Below, in pieces: positions 46,810 through 59,582 of a stretch of 64,000 bases of DNA. This DNA comes from Eledone cirrhosa (lineage: Eukaryota). The stretch's first letter is position 1; the number at the start of each line of letters is the position of its first letter. Below the pieces are notes generated by a model. It had not been told where the DNA came from. It worked only from the letters and a program-made list of their open reading frames with translations, and did not search any database. The stretch covers positions 37,200,001 to 37,264,000 of the forward strand of contig OZ024759.1 of the NCBI GenBank assembly GCA_964016885.1. Direction: 5' to 3'. Position numbers and translations under genes: made by a program.

Positions 46810-46975
46810 GCCATCATCACTATCATATACATGTGTGTATATGTGTGTAATACACCTATCTCTCTACTGTTACCTTCACTGCTGTCCATGTGTTTTCCAC
46901 TTCTATTTCTTCCGCTATTTCTTTATCTAATCTTACTACACCCCTCTCTCTCCCTCTTTCTCACACACTCTCTCT

Positions 46976-47014
<39 letters not shown>

Positions 47015-47999
47015 ATATCACCCCCCTCTCTCTGTCTCCCTCTTTCTATTCTTTTGTTTTTCTTTCAATTCTTCCTGTTTCCTTCCATCCATGCCCACCC
47101 TTTCTGTCCTACTTCTACCAGACAGCTTTCTCTGTGAACAATATAGACTGGTGGTGGTGGCGGTGATGTTTGTTGTGATGGTGGTGGTGGTGGTGGTGAT
47201 GATGGTTGTGGTGGTGGTGGAGGTGATGGTGGTGGTGGTGATGCTTGTGGTGGCGGTGAGGTGGTGATGGTGGTGGTGGTGGAGGTGATGATGGTGGTGG
47301 TGGCGGTGAGGTGGTGATGATGATGGTGGTGGTGATGCTTGTGGTGGCGGTGAGGATGATCATCCTAACGAGAGTTACGATAGTGATGATGATGATGATA
47401 AGTATGAAGGTGTCTGTAATAGTTACAACAACAACAACAAGGAAGTACATGCAGTAATTGAATTACCGTCACGTGATCACCGGAAACACAGCTGCCTCCC
47501 ATGTGACTCTGTTCGACAACACATTCTTGTGGTTTCCGAAAAATTCAAATAAACACACTCACAAATCAAACACACACACACACTCACACACACACACACT
47601 CACTCACACACACACACACTCACACACACACACACTCACTCACACACACACTCACTCACTCACTCACACACACACACTCACAAATCAAACACACACACAC
47701 ACACACTCTCTCACTCACACACACACTCACTCACTCACTCACACACACACACTCACAAATCAAACACACACACACACACACACACACACATTCACCATCA
47801 TACACAAAATTGCAGACGAGCATGTGTACATACCAACACACACACACACACACACACACACGTACACACACACAGAGACAAACCCACATACATAAGATTG
47901 TAGACAAGAACATGTACATTCCAACACTTACACACACGTAAACACAGACAATCCATCGTGTACACACACACACACGCACACGCACATATGCATACATGT

Positions 48000-48037
<38 letters not shown>

Positions 48038-48149
48038 CTTCCGTGAAATTTCAGGTGGGGCAGAGAGGGAAGTGAATCATCATCATCGCCACAACCATCA
48101 TCATCATCATCGCCACAACCATCATCATCATCACCATCACAATCACCAT

Positions 48150-48465
48150 CGACATCATCATTTAATGTCTATTTTCCACATATATCGGCAAGAGAGATCG
48201 GATGACCATACATTGCTCACACGATCCCTTTGTGGCTGGATGTTCTTCTTAACACCAAACACTTTACAGAGTGGACTGGGTGTTTTTTTGTTGTGACACC
48301 AGCACTACCACTTTACATGGTGAACTGGGAACTTTCGGTTGTGGCCCCAGCAACCCCAGTTTACAGAATGGACTGGGTGTTTTTTTGTTGTGGCACCAGC
48401 ACTACCACTTTACATGGTGAACTGGGAACTTTCGGTTGTGGCCCCAGCAACCCCACTTTACAGAA
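48150..48465. mobile_element. Interspersed repeat family C copy with an internal ~97-bp tandem duplication
   Basis: Homologous to 10845-10995. The segment tttacaga(g/a)tggactgggtgtttttttgttgtg..caccagcactaccactttacatggtgaactgggaactttcggttgtggccccagcaacccca occurs twice (48263-48359 and 48360-48456). Confidence 0.6.
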
Positions 48466-48565
48466 TGTACTTTTATCGTGTTAAGGCCCCGGGAACCTAC
48501 ATGAGAATATTTATAATTACGTTTTGAAGTATATTTTCTGTGTTGGTCTCAGCTTATTTCTATGA

Positions 48566-48772
<207 letters not shown>

Positions 48773-48790
48773 TGATATAGCCAAAATTGT

Positions 48791-48952
48791 TTCTACAGGA
48801 CTAGAACTGTTTCATTCGAAGGAAATCATCAGGAAAGCTTTAGTCCTGTAGAAGCCAAGCCATCTCTATATTAAATTTGTTGTTTACACTCTACCAATGT
48901 ATTGAGTACCTTACTAACAGTGGTTACCTCCGATTGAACCCGGATCTCACAC

Positions 48953-49000
<48 letters not shown>

Positions 49001-49053
49001 GTGTGAGATCCGCGTTCAATCGGAGGTAACCACTGTTAGTAAGGTACTCAATA
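48791..49053. mobile_element. Family H composite: hammerhead on the - strand (48791-48838), a partial + arm, and a tail-to-tail inverted duplication of the 3' tail (48900-49053)
   Basis: ttctacaggactagaactgtttcattcgaaggaaatcatcaggaaagc is the reverse complement of the 46434-46480 core. attgagtaccttactaacagtggttacctccgattgaacccggatctcacac is mirrored across (TG)n(TA)n(CA)n with one mismatch. Confidence 0.8.
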
Positions 49054-49055
49054 TA

Positions 49056-49127
49056 CAAGGTGTCCCAAAAAGTGTTTACACATTACAATGCTGTTTAAGT
49101 GTGTATAAATATTTTTGGGACGCCCTG
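49056..49127. mobile_element. Tc1/mariner-type MITE
   Basis: Terminal inverted repeats CAAGGTGTCCCAAAAA...TTTTTGGGACGCCCTG in a TA context. A second copy lies at 63179-63255. Confidence 0.7.
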
Positions 49128-49451
49128 TGTATATATATATATATACACAAACTTATACATACATCAAATGTTGATCCATTTTACTACACACTTCTCATGT
49201 AAGTGTGTATTGAGCACGTTTATTGTTTTATTACGACAAAATATAACAGTCATATATATATGTATATATATAATGTATATAATGTATGTATGTGTGTAGT
49301 GTATATATATATATATATAATGCTGTTTTTTTTTTTTTCACAATGACGCACGTATTTTATATTTACCAGGTTTTAATGTGCGTGTATATTATATATATAT
49401 ATACATGTATATATATATATATATATTTACATATATATATATATACATATT

Positions 49452-49630
<179 letters not shown>

Positions 49631-49631
49631 T

Positions 49632-49770
<139 letters not shown>

Positions 49771-50142
49771 TTATATATATATATATATATATATATAAAC
49801 ATACATATATATGTATACATATATATATGTATGTGTGTATACATATATGTGTGTATATATATATATAGGTATTTCTCTGTGTATCTTAATAATGTGTGTG
49901 TATATATATATGTATACATATGTGGAAAAAGCTTCTCTTACTCCCATCATATCAATGTTACCACCTGAACAATGAGGTTGGGGGTGGGGCGGAGACATAC
50001 CCCACCCCACCACCTCCCCACCCCCTCAGTTTTATAATGTTCTATCTTGATGTCTTTATTGATGTTGCCATCGGTCCGGAAAATAACATTCTGTTTTTTC
50101 TATACACAAGTACGAAACTGTATACATCGGCGGCCATTTTAA

Positions 50143-50199
<57 letters not shown>

Positions 50200-50207
50200 T
50201 ATACACA

Positions 50208-50516
50208 CACATACATACATACATACATACATACATACATACATACATACATACATACATACATACATACATACATACATACATACATACATACATACAT
50301 ACATACATACATACATACATACATACATACATACATACATACATACATACATACATACATACATACATACATACATACATACATACATACATACATACAT
50401 ACATACATACATACATACATACATACATACATACATACATACATACATACATACATACATACATACATACATACATACATACATACATACATACATACAT
50501 ACATACATACATACAT
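50208..50516. repeat. Pure (ATAC)n tetranucleotide repeat, ~300 bp
   Basis: Uninterrupted atac run. Confidence 0.97.
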
Positions 50517-50634
50517 GGGTGGATGTATATCTACGTAGCAGCTTGTTTGTTATACTACGCATATAAGCATATATTCTTTTTAGAACTTTTTTCTTAATTT
50601 TGTACTTGTGTGTGTGTGTGTATATATATAGATG

Positions 50635-50667
<33 letters not shown>

Positions 50668-51380
50668 GTTTGTGTGTATGCATATATGTGTGTGAGTAAA
50701 TATATATATATATATATATAGTTTTATATATATATAGTTATATACATATATATAGTTATATATAGAGAGGGACAGACTGACAGACAGATAGGCACAGAGA
50801 GACAGAGACAGACAGGCAACTAGACACATACCTAACCCACCTTATTCCATAATTGCAATGTTTTTATGTCTTCCAATCGTCGTTCCAGAATTTCAACTAA
50901 AGCTGCCATCTTTACCTAAAACATACATAATATCCTGACCATAGCACACTACACCACCATACCACCACCCCACCACCACCTATACCACACCACCCCACCT
51001 ATACCATCCCTACCCATACCCGAGCGTCATCTTACCCGTGTCATGGTATCTAGAAAACTAGACAACTTTATGTTGGATAAAAACTACAAGATATTAAATA
51101 AAGGAAGAAAAATGGTAAAAACGGGAAAAAAAACCTTTAAAAACTGCCTAAATAAGTCTTTTATTCTATCTGACATGAAGTTACTGGAAACAATTTAACC
51201 TAGTTACGTGGCTTCAATGTTGGAACCACTATGTGGTCACTAAGTTGGCTAGAAATAGGAGTAAATCTACCTTAAATCACACTCTATCATCTTTAGCACT
51301 TCTAATACCAAAGAGCCAGCCAGCCAGCCCGTCTCCTTCACCCTCTCCCTACTCACCACCATTGGCACCTCCGTAGCAGT

Positions 51381-51914
51381 GGAGACTTCTGGTGCCCCTG
51401 GCCCTAGGACCACCTCCCTACTCACCACAGAGTTGGTTACCCGCGGCAATGGAGACTTCTGGTGCCCCTGGCCCTAGGACCACCTCCCTACTCACCACAG
51501 AGTTGGTTACCCGCGGCAATGGAGACTTCTGGTGCCCCTGGCCCTAGGACCACCTCCCTACTCACCACAGAGTTGGTTACCCGCGGCAATGGAGACTTCT
51601 GGTGCCCCTGGCCCTAGGACCACCTCCCTACTCACCACAGAGTTGGTTACCCGCGGCAATGGAGACTTCTGGTGCCCCTGGCCCTAGGACCACCTCCCTA
51701 CTCACCACAGAGTTGGTTACCCGCGGCAATGGAGACTTCTGGTGCCCCTGGCCCTAGGACCACCTCCCTACTCACCACAGAGTTGGTTACCCGCGGCAAT
51801 GGAGACTTCTGGTGCCCCTGGCCCTAGGACCACCTCCCTACTCACCACAGAGTTGGTTACCCGCGGCAATGGAGACTTCTGGTGCCCCTGGCCCTAGGAC
51901 CACCTCCCTACTCA
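51381..51914. repeat. 70-bp GC-rich minisatellite, 7 identical units plus a partial unit
   Basis: ggagacttctggtgcccctggccctaggaccacctccctactcaccacagagttggttacccgcggcaat starts at 51381, 51451, 51521, 51591, 51661, 51731, 51801 and (partial) 51871. Confidence 0.97.
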
Positions 51915-52462
51915 TCGTCATCGGCACAGAGTTCTCTACCCACAGGTGTGAGCCTTGCGAGCTGGAATGGCTGTTCTTCCAGCGTGTCTCCCTCACCATC
52001 TTCCGAGAAAACGTCTTCTCCATTCTGTCTGCCGGGGCCGCAGGGTGACCAGCGCGTGGGCCCCCCATTTGCTCTTAATAGTGAGAGTTGGAGAGAACGG
52101 GAGAACCGGAGGCAGTGAGAGTGGGAGTTTGGTTCCTCTGTGTTCAGACCTGGTGTATATATATATGTTTGACGGACACCCACTCATGGTACTGTAGGTA
52201 CTAAGCAGAATGTGGTTTACATTGTAGTTTTTACTCTGTATAAATACATTCACTACACATTCATCATCATCCAGTTTTTCTTACTTTATTATGCAGAGCA
52301 CAATTAGTCCCTAAGTAGGGGTGGGTCCTGTCTGACAGCGTTCCTTAGCGTCGCCGCGCTCCATGTGGTTGTGTCCGCCGGTCTGAGAATAAGTTGCTAT
52401 TCGTGGAATTAGTCTGAGACTATAATACTAATGTGGTATTAGTACTGGCACTATCTAGTCTG

Positions 52463-52532
52463 TGTTGAAATCCCGCTAAGGTCAACTTCGCCTAACATCA
52501 ATCCACGGTCAATAAAGTACCAATTAAGTACT
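52463..52532 (+). mobile_element. Degenerate SINE family A fragment
   Basis: gttgaaatcccgctaaggtcaacttcgcct...ggtcaataaagtaccaattaagtact resembles the B-box and body of family A. Confidence 0.5.
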
Positions 52533-53168
52533 AAAGTTAAGTACCAAAGATTTGCTGCTTTTGTATCTAAGAAATAATCAATAACTGTTGGTAGGGGGAG
52601 ACAACTCCACTGTCACTGGTGTTGTTGTTGTCGTGGTGGTGTTATTGTGGTGATGGTGGTGCTGGTGTTGTTGTTGTTGTGGTGGTGGTGGTGATGCTGG
52701 TGGTGTTGTTGTGGTGGTGCTGGTGGAGGCGATGTTGTTGTTGCGGTGATGTGGTGGTGGTGATGGTGTTCTCGTTATGGTGGTGGTGAAGGTGTTGTTG
52801 TGGTGATGTTGTTATGATGGGGATGTTGTTGTGGTGGTGGTGGTGGTGGTGGTGGTGGAGTTGATTTATATTGTTATTGTTCGTGTTGTTGTTGTGGCTG
52901 TTGTTACAGCTGTTGTGACAGGATCTACCACAAAAGCAGCCACCATCAGTATCGATACTGTTACTGCTGTTGTTGTTGTTGTTGGGATCATTGTAGTAGT
53001 AGTAGTAGTAGTAGTGTTGGTGGGATCATTGTAGTAGTAGTAGTAGTAGTAGTGTTGGTGGGATCATTGTAGTAGTAGTAGTAGTAGCCGTTATGGTGTT
53101 GTTGTTGTTGTAGTTGTAGTCACTAAATTCGTGACAGGTGTTCGACGGAACATGTAACACGAAACTTG

Positions 53169-53268
<100 letters not shown>

Positions 53269-53310
53269 TGTCAGTATCTATACACACACACACACATTGT
53301 CAGTATCTAT

Positions 53311-53343
<33 letters not shown>

Positions 53344-53456
53344 AACACACTAATACCACAGCCCACACAGACATACACACACACAAGGATATGCACGCAA
53401 TTTATACATTTGGTGACGTCTGAACACGGCATAGAATAATGACATGTACACACATA

Positions 53457-53507
<51 letters not shown>

Positions 53508-53691
53508 TGTGTGCGTGTGTGTGGGTGTGTATACTTATGTAAGTATGTATATATATATATATATATGTGTGTGTGTATATATATATACATATATGTATGT
53601 GTGTATGTATATATATATGTGTGTGTGTATATATATATACATATATGTATGTGTGTATGTATATATGTGTGTGTGTGTGTGTACTTGTGTG

Positions 53692-53722
<31 letters not shown>

Positions 53723-54589
53723 GTATGTGTGTATGTATATATATGTGTGTGTGTACTTATGTATATATATATGTGTGTATGTGTATATATATATATATAC
53801 TTATATATATGTGTGTATGTATATATATGTGTTTGTGTGTGTGGGAGGGAGACTATTTTTCTAATGTAAACATACGCATATACAGACAGATTGATACAAT
53901 TGTCATACACACACTCACCAATGTGTGTGTGTGTGTGCATATATGACTATAGTAGATATACACACACAGAACGAGCGACAGACAGACAGACAGACAGACA
54001 GAGGGGGAGAGGGGAGAGGCAAAGGTGGAGAGGGGAGAGGCACATATGGTGGGGGTAATTCATTGAGGGAACAGATGGGAGACGATAGTGTGGTGTAGCT
54101 GATACATCTATGTGGATAGGGGACTTGTGTGTGTATATATGTGTGTGTATATATGTACACATGTATATACACACACACACACACACACACATATATATTT
54201 ACATATATATATATACATATATATGCATATATATACATACATATGTATGTGTAAATATATATGTGTGTACATATATATACATACATGGACACACACTCAT
54301 ATGGAGACAGTCGTTCGTATATACAGTAATTCATACACATACACCCCACTTATACATAGATACACAGTTGATATAGGTGTTTTCTGAGACACATACACAC
54401 AGCTATATATGTAAGTATGTATATATATATATGTGTGCGTGTGTGTATATATATATATATGTATGTGTATAGATATATATATATGTATAGATATATATAT
54501 ATTTGTATATATATATATATATATATATATGTGTATATATATATATATGTGTATATATATATATATGTATATATATGTATATATATATG

Positions 54590-54804
<215 letters not shown>

Positions 54805-54833
54805 GTATATATGTATATATATATGTATATATA

Positions 54834-54866
<33 letters not shown>

Positions 54867-54885
54867 ATATGTATATATATATGTA

Positions 54886-54916
<31 letters not shown>

Positions 54917-54933
54917 ATATGTATATATATATG

Positions 54934-54967
<34 letters not shown>

Positions 54968-54968
<1 letters not shown>

Positions 54969-56424
54969 CTATCTATCTAAGGCGGGTAAAATTCCCGAGA
55001 TCCATGGACGAGTTCTCTCCAGCGGTCTCTGTCCCTCATTATCGCTGCCATGTCCTGCGTCTCCAACAGACCAGTGTCTGTCCTTAGGGCATCAACATAT
55101 GTTAACCTTGGTCTTCCTCTTCCAGTGTGTCCATGTAGGGGCTCCCAAAGGAGCACGGAGTGCAATGTCAACTCTGGATGTCGGTGAGCATGTCCAGCCA
55201 ACCTCAGTCTCCTCTGTGTCACTTTTGAGCTGACTTTTGGGAGGCTCCCATACAGCTCTGAGTTTTTCATCCTCAGTGTATACTGATTAATGTTCAGAGC
55301 CATCCTCAGCATTCTCGTGTAGCACCCATCCACCATCTGAGTGAGTCTCTTGGTCAGTGTCCAAGTCTCAGACCCATACAGCAGCACAGACTCCACTACA
55401 GCAATGAAGAGGCGGATTTTCAGGTCTCTACGAAGGTCCGACTTCCACACCGATCTCAAGCTGTGGCACGCTGCCCAGGCCTTGCTCTTCCTCTCAACCA
55501 CATCATCTTCCGTATTCCCAATCTTTGCTCCCAAATACAGGAAGTCCTCAACCAATTCCAGCGGCTTCCCGCCTACATTAGTGATCCCCTCTGGCTTCTC
55601 AACATTCTCTACCAGATATTTTGTTTTAGTCTCATTCATTCTCAGCCCCACACTCATCGACACAGTCTCAACCTCCCGCATCAAATCCTCTGCCTCCTTC
55701 ACTGTATTTGTCACCAAAACTATGTCGTCGGCAAATTCAGCATCCGATACCTTTTTCGCCCCAACTCTCCTGCTCTGAGCCGGTGCTACAGTAAAGCCAG
55801 AGTCCTGGTGTTTCTCCAGTGCAAGGCGCATACAATAGTCCACTACGATGATAAAAAGGTAGGGAGCCAATGTATCTCCCTGGAGCACTCCAGCCAGTAT
55901 CTCAAAGAACTCTGTCATCCCATCAGGTGTAATGACTTGGGCTTTGGTGTTGGTGTAGAGCAGTGATATCAGGTCCACTATCCTCTTGGGGATTCCATAA
56001 GCCTGTAAGATCTTCATCAGGCAGTAACGGTCCACAGAATCAAAGGCCTTCCTAAAGTCAATGAAAACCATGACCGCAGGAAGGCACTTTGCTCTAGCTC
56101 CCTCTAATATCCTCCTCAGCATCAGGATGTGACTGGTGGTTGATCTACCCTCTCTGAAGCCGTTCTGGTTGTCCCTGAGCTTCTTCTCCATCTCAGGCTG
56201 GATCCTGTTAAGAATCATCCTGTTGAGGGTCTTTGCCACAAGTGACGTCAGTGAGATCCCCCGGTAGTTGTTGGTGTTAGAGAGATCTCCCTTCTTTGGC
56301 ACTGGGACGATGTTACTGATCCTCCACTGATTCGGGGCAACTCCCTTCTCCAGTGCCCCGTTACAGAACCCCAGGATGATATCATCAAAATCACACCACT
56401 TCATCACCTCTGATGCTACTCCAT
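54968..56424 (-). mobile_element. 5'-truncated non-LTR retrotransposon (LINE, RTE-type clade): RT domain, C-terminus and (TAGA)n tail
   Basis: ORF 54977..56407(-) has LINE RT motifs: [74 protein letters not shown]. The C-terminus is RTE-like (RLRLAGH...RGRPR..Y.D...DRDRWR). The frame continues upstream as GVASEV (cf. DGIPAE) to the (TA)n junction. The stop codon is the first unit of a (TAGA)3 tail. Confidence 0.93.
54977..56407 (-). CDS. Reverse transcriptase ORF (partial, endonuclease domain missing) of the RTE-type LINE
   Basis: 476-codon uninterrupted frame with the RT motifs listed above. The annotated Met is internal to a longer, truncated ORF. Confidence 0.85.
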   Translation of the reverse strand: MMKWCDFDDIILGFCNGALEKGVAPNQWRISNIVPVPKKGDLSNTNNYRGISLTSLVAKTLNRMILNRIQPEMEKKLRDNQNGFREGRSTTSHILMLRRILEGARAKCLPAVMVFIDFRKAFDSVDRYCLMKILQAYGIPKRIVDLISLLYTNTKAQVITPDGMTEFFEILAGVLQGDTLAPYLFIIVVDYCMRLALEKHQDSGFTVAPAQSRRVGAKKVSDAEFADDIVLVTNTVKEAEDLMREVETVSMSVGLRMNETKTKYLVENVEKPEGITNVGGKPLELVEDFLYLGAKIGNTEDDVVERKSKAWAACHSLRSVWKSDLRRDLKIRLFIAVVESVLLYGSETWTLTKRLTQMVDGCYTRMLRMALNINQYTLRMKNSELYGSLPKVSSKVTQRRLRLAGHAHRHPELTLHSVLLWEPLHGHTGRGRPRLTYVDALRTDTGLLETQDMAAIMRDRDRWRELVHGSREFYPP

Positions 56425-56467
56425 ATATATATATATATATGTATATATATATGTATATATATATATG

Positions 56468-56538
<71 letters not shown>

Positions 56539-56542
56539 GTAT

Positions 56543-56676
<134 letters not shown>

Positions 56677-57239
56677 GTGTGTATATGTATATATATATAT
56701 ATATGTGTGTATATGTGTATATATATATATATGTGTGTATATGTGTATATGTATATATATATGTGTGTATATGTATATATATGTATATATATATATATGT
56801 GTATATGTGTATATATATATATGTGTGTGTATATATATGTATATGTGTATATATATATGTATATGTATGTGTATATATATGTATATGTGTATATATATAT
56901 GTATATATATGTGTATATATATATGTATATATATGTGTATATATGTGTATATATATATGTATATATATGTGTATATATATGTATATATATGTGTATATAT
57001 ATGTATATATATATGTATATATATGTATATATATGTGTATATATATGTATATATATATGTATCTATATGTGTATATATATGTGTATATATATGTATATAT
57101 ATATGTATCTATATGTGTATATATATGTATATATATATGTATCTATATGTATATATATATGTATATATATGTATATATATATGTATATATATGTATATAT
57201 ATATATGTATATATATGTATATATATATGTATATATATG

Positions 57240-57270
<31 letters not shown>

Positions 57271-57917
57271 TAGTTTATCGCCTGATAAGTATGAAAAGCT
57301 TTTTAACATTTCGGGCATTAGTCCTTCATCGGGAGATAGAATGAGAAATAAAAGTATAGAAAGCTAGAGAAGAATGAAAGACGAAGAAACGGATTGTGGA
57401 GGAAAAAGCGTGTGTATGGGTTCAGTAGACCATTTTTGGGGTTAGGGACAACCTCCCTTGTACTGGGGCCACAATAAAATGAGAAATCACTAGTTTCGCT
57501 TGTGTAATGAGTTGGTCTGTGAAGGACCGGTGAAACTTTATTAGCGGGGAGGACGGATGTTACATAATGATGGCGCTGATGGTGATGATGTCGTGAGGAA
57601 GGAAGAGAGTAATGATGATGATGATAACGGAGATGATGATGATGGTGATGATGATGTCAATGACCAGAAGGACGATAATGGTGATAGCAATGATGATGAC
57701 GATGATGATGTTAATAGTGTTAATAATAACGTTTACTGTCTTCCGCCATTTTGATTTTCCCAAATTGTTTCCGACCACCATTACGTCCGCCATTATTCCA
57801 TCTAGGTTTTCTCTTCCGTTCACAATTTTACCAAAACAAATAAATCATTATTTATTTATTATTTACAAACTCATTTTCATTGTTATTTCAGGATATATAT
57901 AAACATATGCCTGTATA

Positions 57918-57969
<52 letters not shown>

Positions 57970-58048
57970 CTATGTAGCTCTTTACACCAAGATACATTAG
58001 TGCACATCAGACACCGTCTCCCATACATATATATATATATATATATTC

Positions 58049-58185
58049 AGGGTTCAATCGGGGCTGACCACATTAAGGTACTCAATACATAACAGAGTAA
58101 AATTATTTAATATAGAAATAGCTTCTACAGGACTAGAACTGTTTCATTCGAAAGAAACAGTTCTAGTCCTGTAGAAGCCATTTAT
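58049..58185. mobile_element. Family H copy, fold-back with the apex (CUGAUGA part) deleted
   Basis: ggttcaatcggggctgaccacattaaggtactcaatacat...tttaatatagaaatagcttctacaggactagaactgtttcattcgaaagaaacagttctagtcctgtagaagccattt, flanked by (TA)n. Confidence 0.8.
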
Positions 58186-58224
58186 ATATATATATAATTA
58201 TGTATCTCTCTCTTACATAATTAT

Positions 58225-58261
<37 letters not shown>

Positions 58262-58307
58262 CTTATATATATATATTATATATATATATATAATTATGTA
58301 TCTCTCT

Positions 58308-58351
<44 letters not shown>

Positions 58352-58362
58352 TGTAACTCTCT

Positions 58363-58404
<42 letters not shown>

Positions 58405-58655
58405 CACATGTGTGTGTGTGTGTGTTTGTATTGTTTTGTTTATTTATTAAAGCTGTCTCTCAGTTCATTGAGGATGTGTGAGAAAAGATCGTTATATTTT
58501 TTCCTTCCAATTCTATGATCAGTATTTTCCCTCAAGACTCTGGTTTCTCCTTAAAATAATTCTGCCACAATATTTCACTTCTATATTTTTTTACTTTTCG
58601 CTCACATTTATTGGTTTGATTACCAATCAACGTATAAACACATTTGCTAATATAG

Positions 58656-58691
<36 letters not shown>

Positions 58692-59179
58692 TTATATATA
58701 CTAAGGTGAAACAATTGTTCTCGGTATGGTGAACTAACTGTTGTGTAACCACTTTTACCTAACTCGTCCCATTGACTGAGTGCTCTACCACTACGGATAT
58801 TACCTTCCAGTGTTCTACCACTATATATATATATATATATATATAATGTATATATCAACATGAACACATTTGCTAATATAGCTATATATATGTATATGTG
58901 TGTGTATATATATACATTTGCAAATATAGCTATATATACATAGAGACATTCACCTGCACTGTGTATATATGTGTTTACACGTATACGCACACGCACTTAT
59001 ATGATGGCACTAAGTATGTATTAGACATACAGGTACACATCACACACTTACATACATTGGTGGTGGTGGTGGTGGTGGTGGATATGGCGGCGTTGGGCTT
59101 TGTGAATGTGAAAATCTTGGTAGAGGCGGCGATAAAGGTGGATATGAAGCCGAGGTCACACACCACACTGCATCTCAAA

Positions 59180-59582
59180 GTACTATTACACTACACTATA
59201 CCACATCACACTATACCACACTACATCACACTACACTATACCACACTATATCACACTACACTATACCACACCACATCACACTACACTATACCACACCACA
59301 CTACACTACACTAGACTACACCTCACTACACTACACCTCACTACACTACACCTCACTACACTACACCACACTACACTACACTACACCACACTACACTACA
59401 CCACACTACACCACACTACACTATACCACACTATACCACACTACACTATACCACACTACACTATACCACACTACACTATACCACACTACACTATACCACA
59501 CCACACTATACCACACTACACCACACTACACTATACCACACCACACTACACTACACCCCACTACGCCACACTACACTACACC
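59180..59582. repeat. (CTACA/CCACA/CTATA)n pentanucleotide repeat
   Basis: Visible 5-bp periodicity. Confidence 0.9.

Noticed and set aside
55341-55966. Two + strand ORFs overlapping the RT
   Set aside because: They are antisense shadows of the LINE RT frame, with no recognisable motifs.
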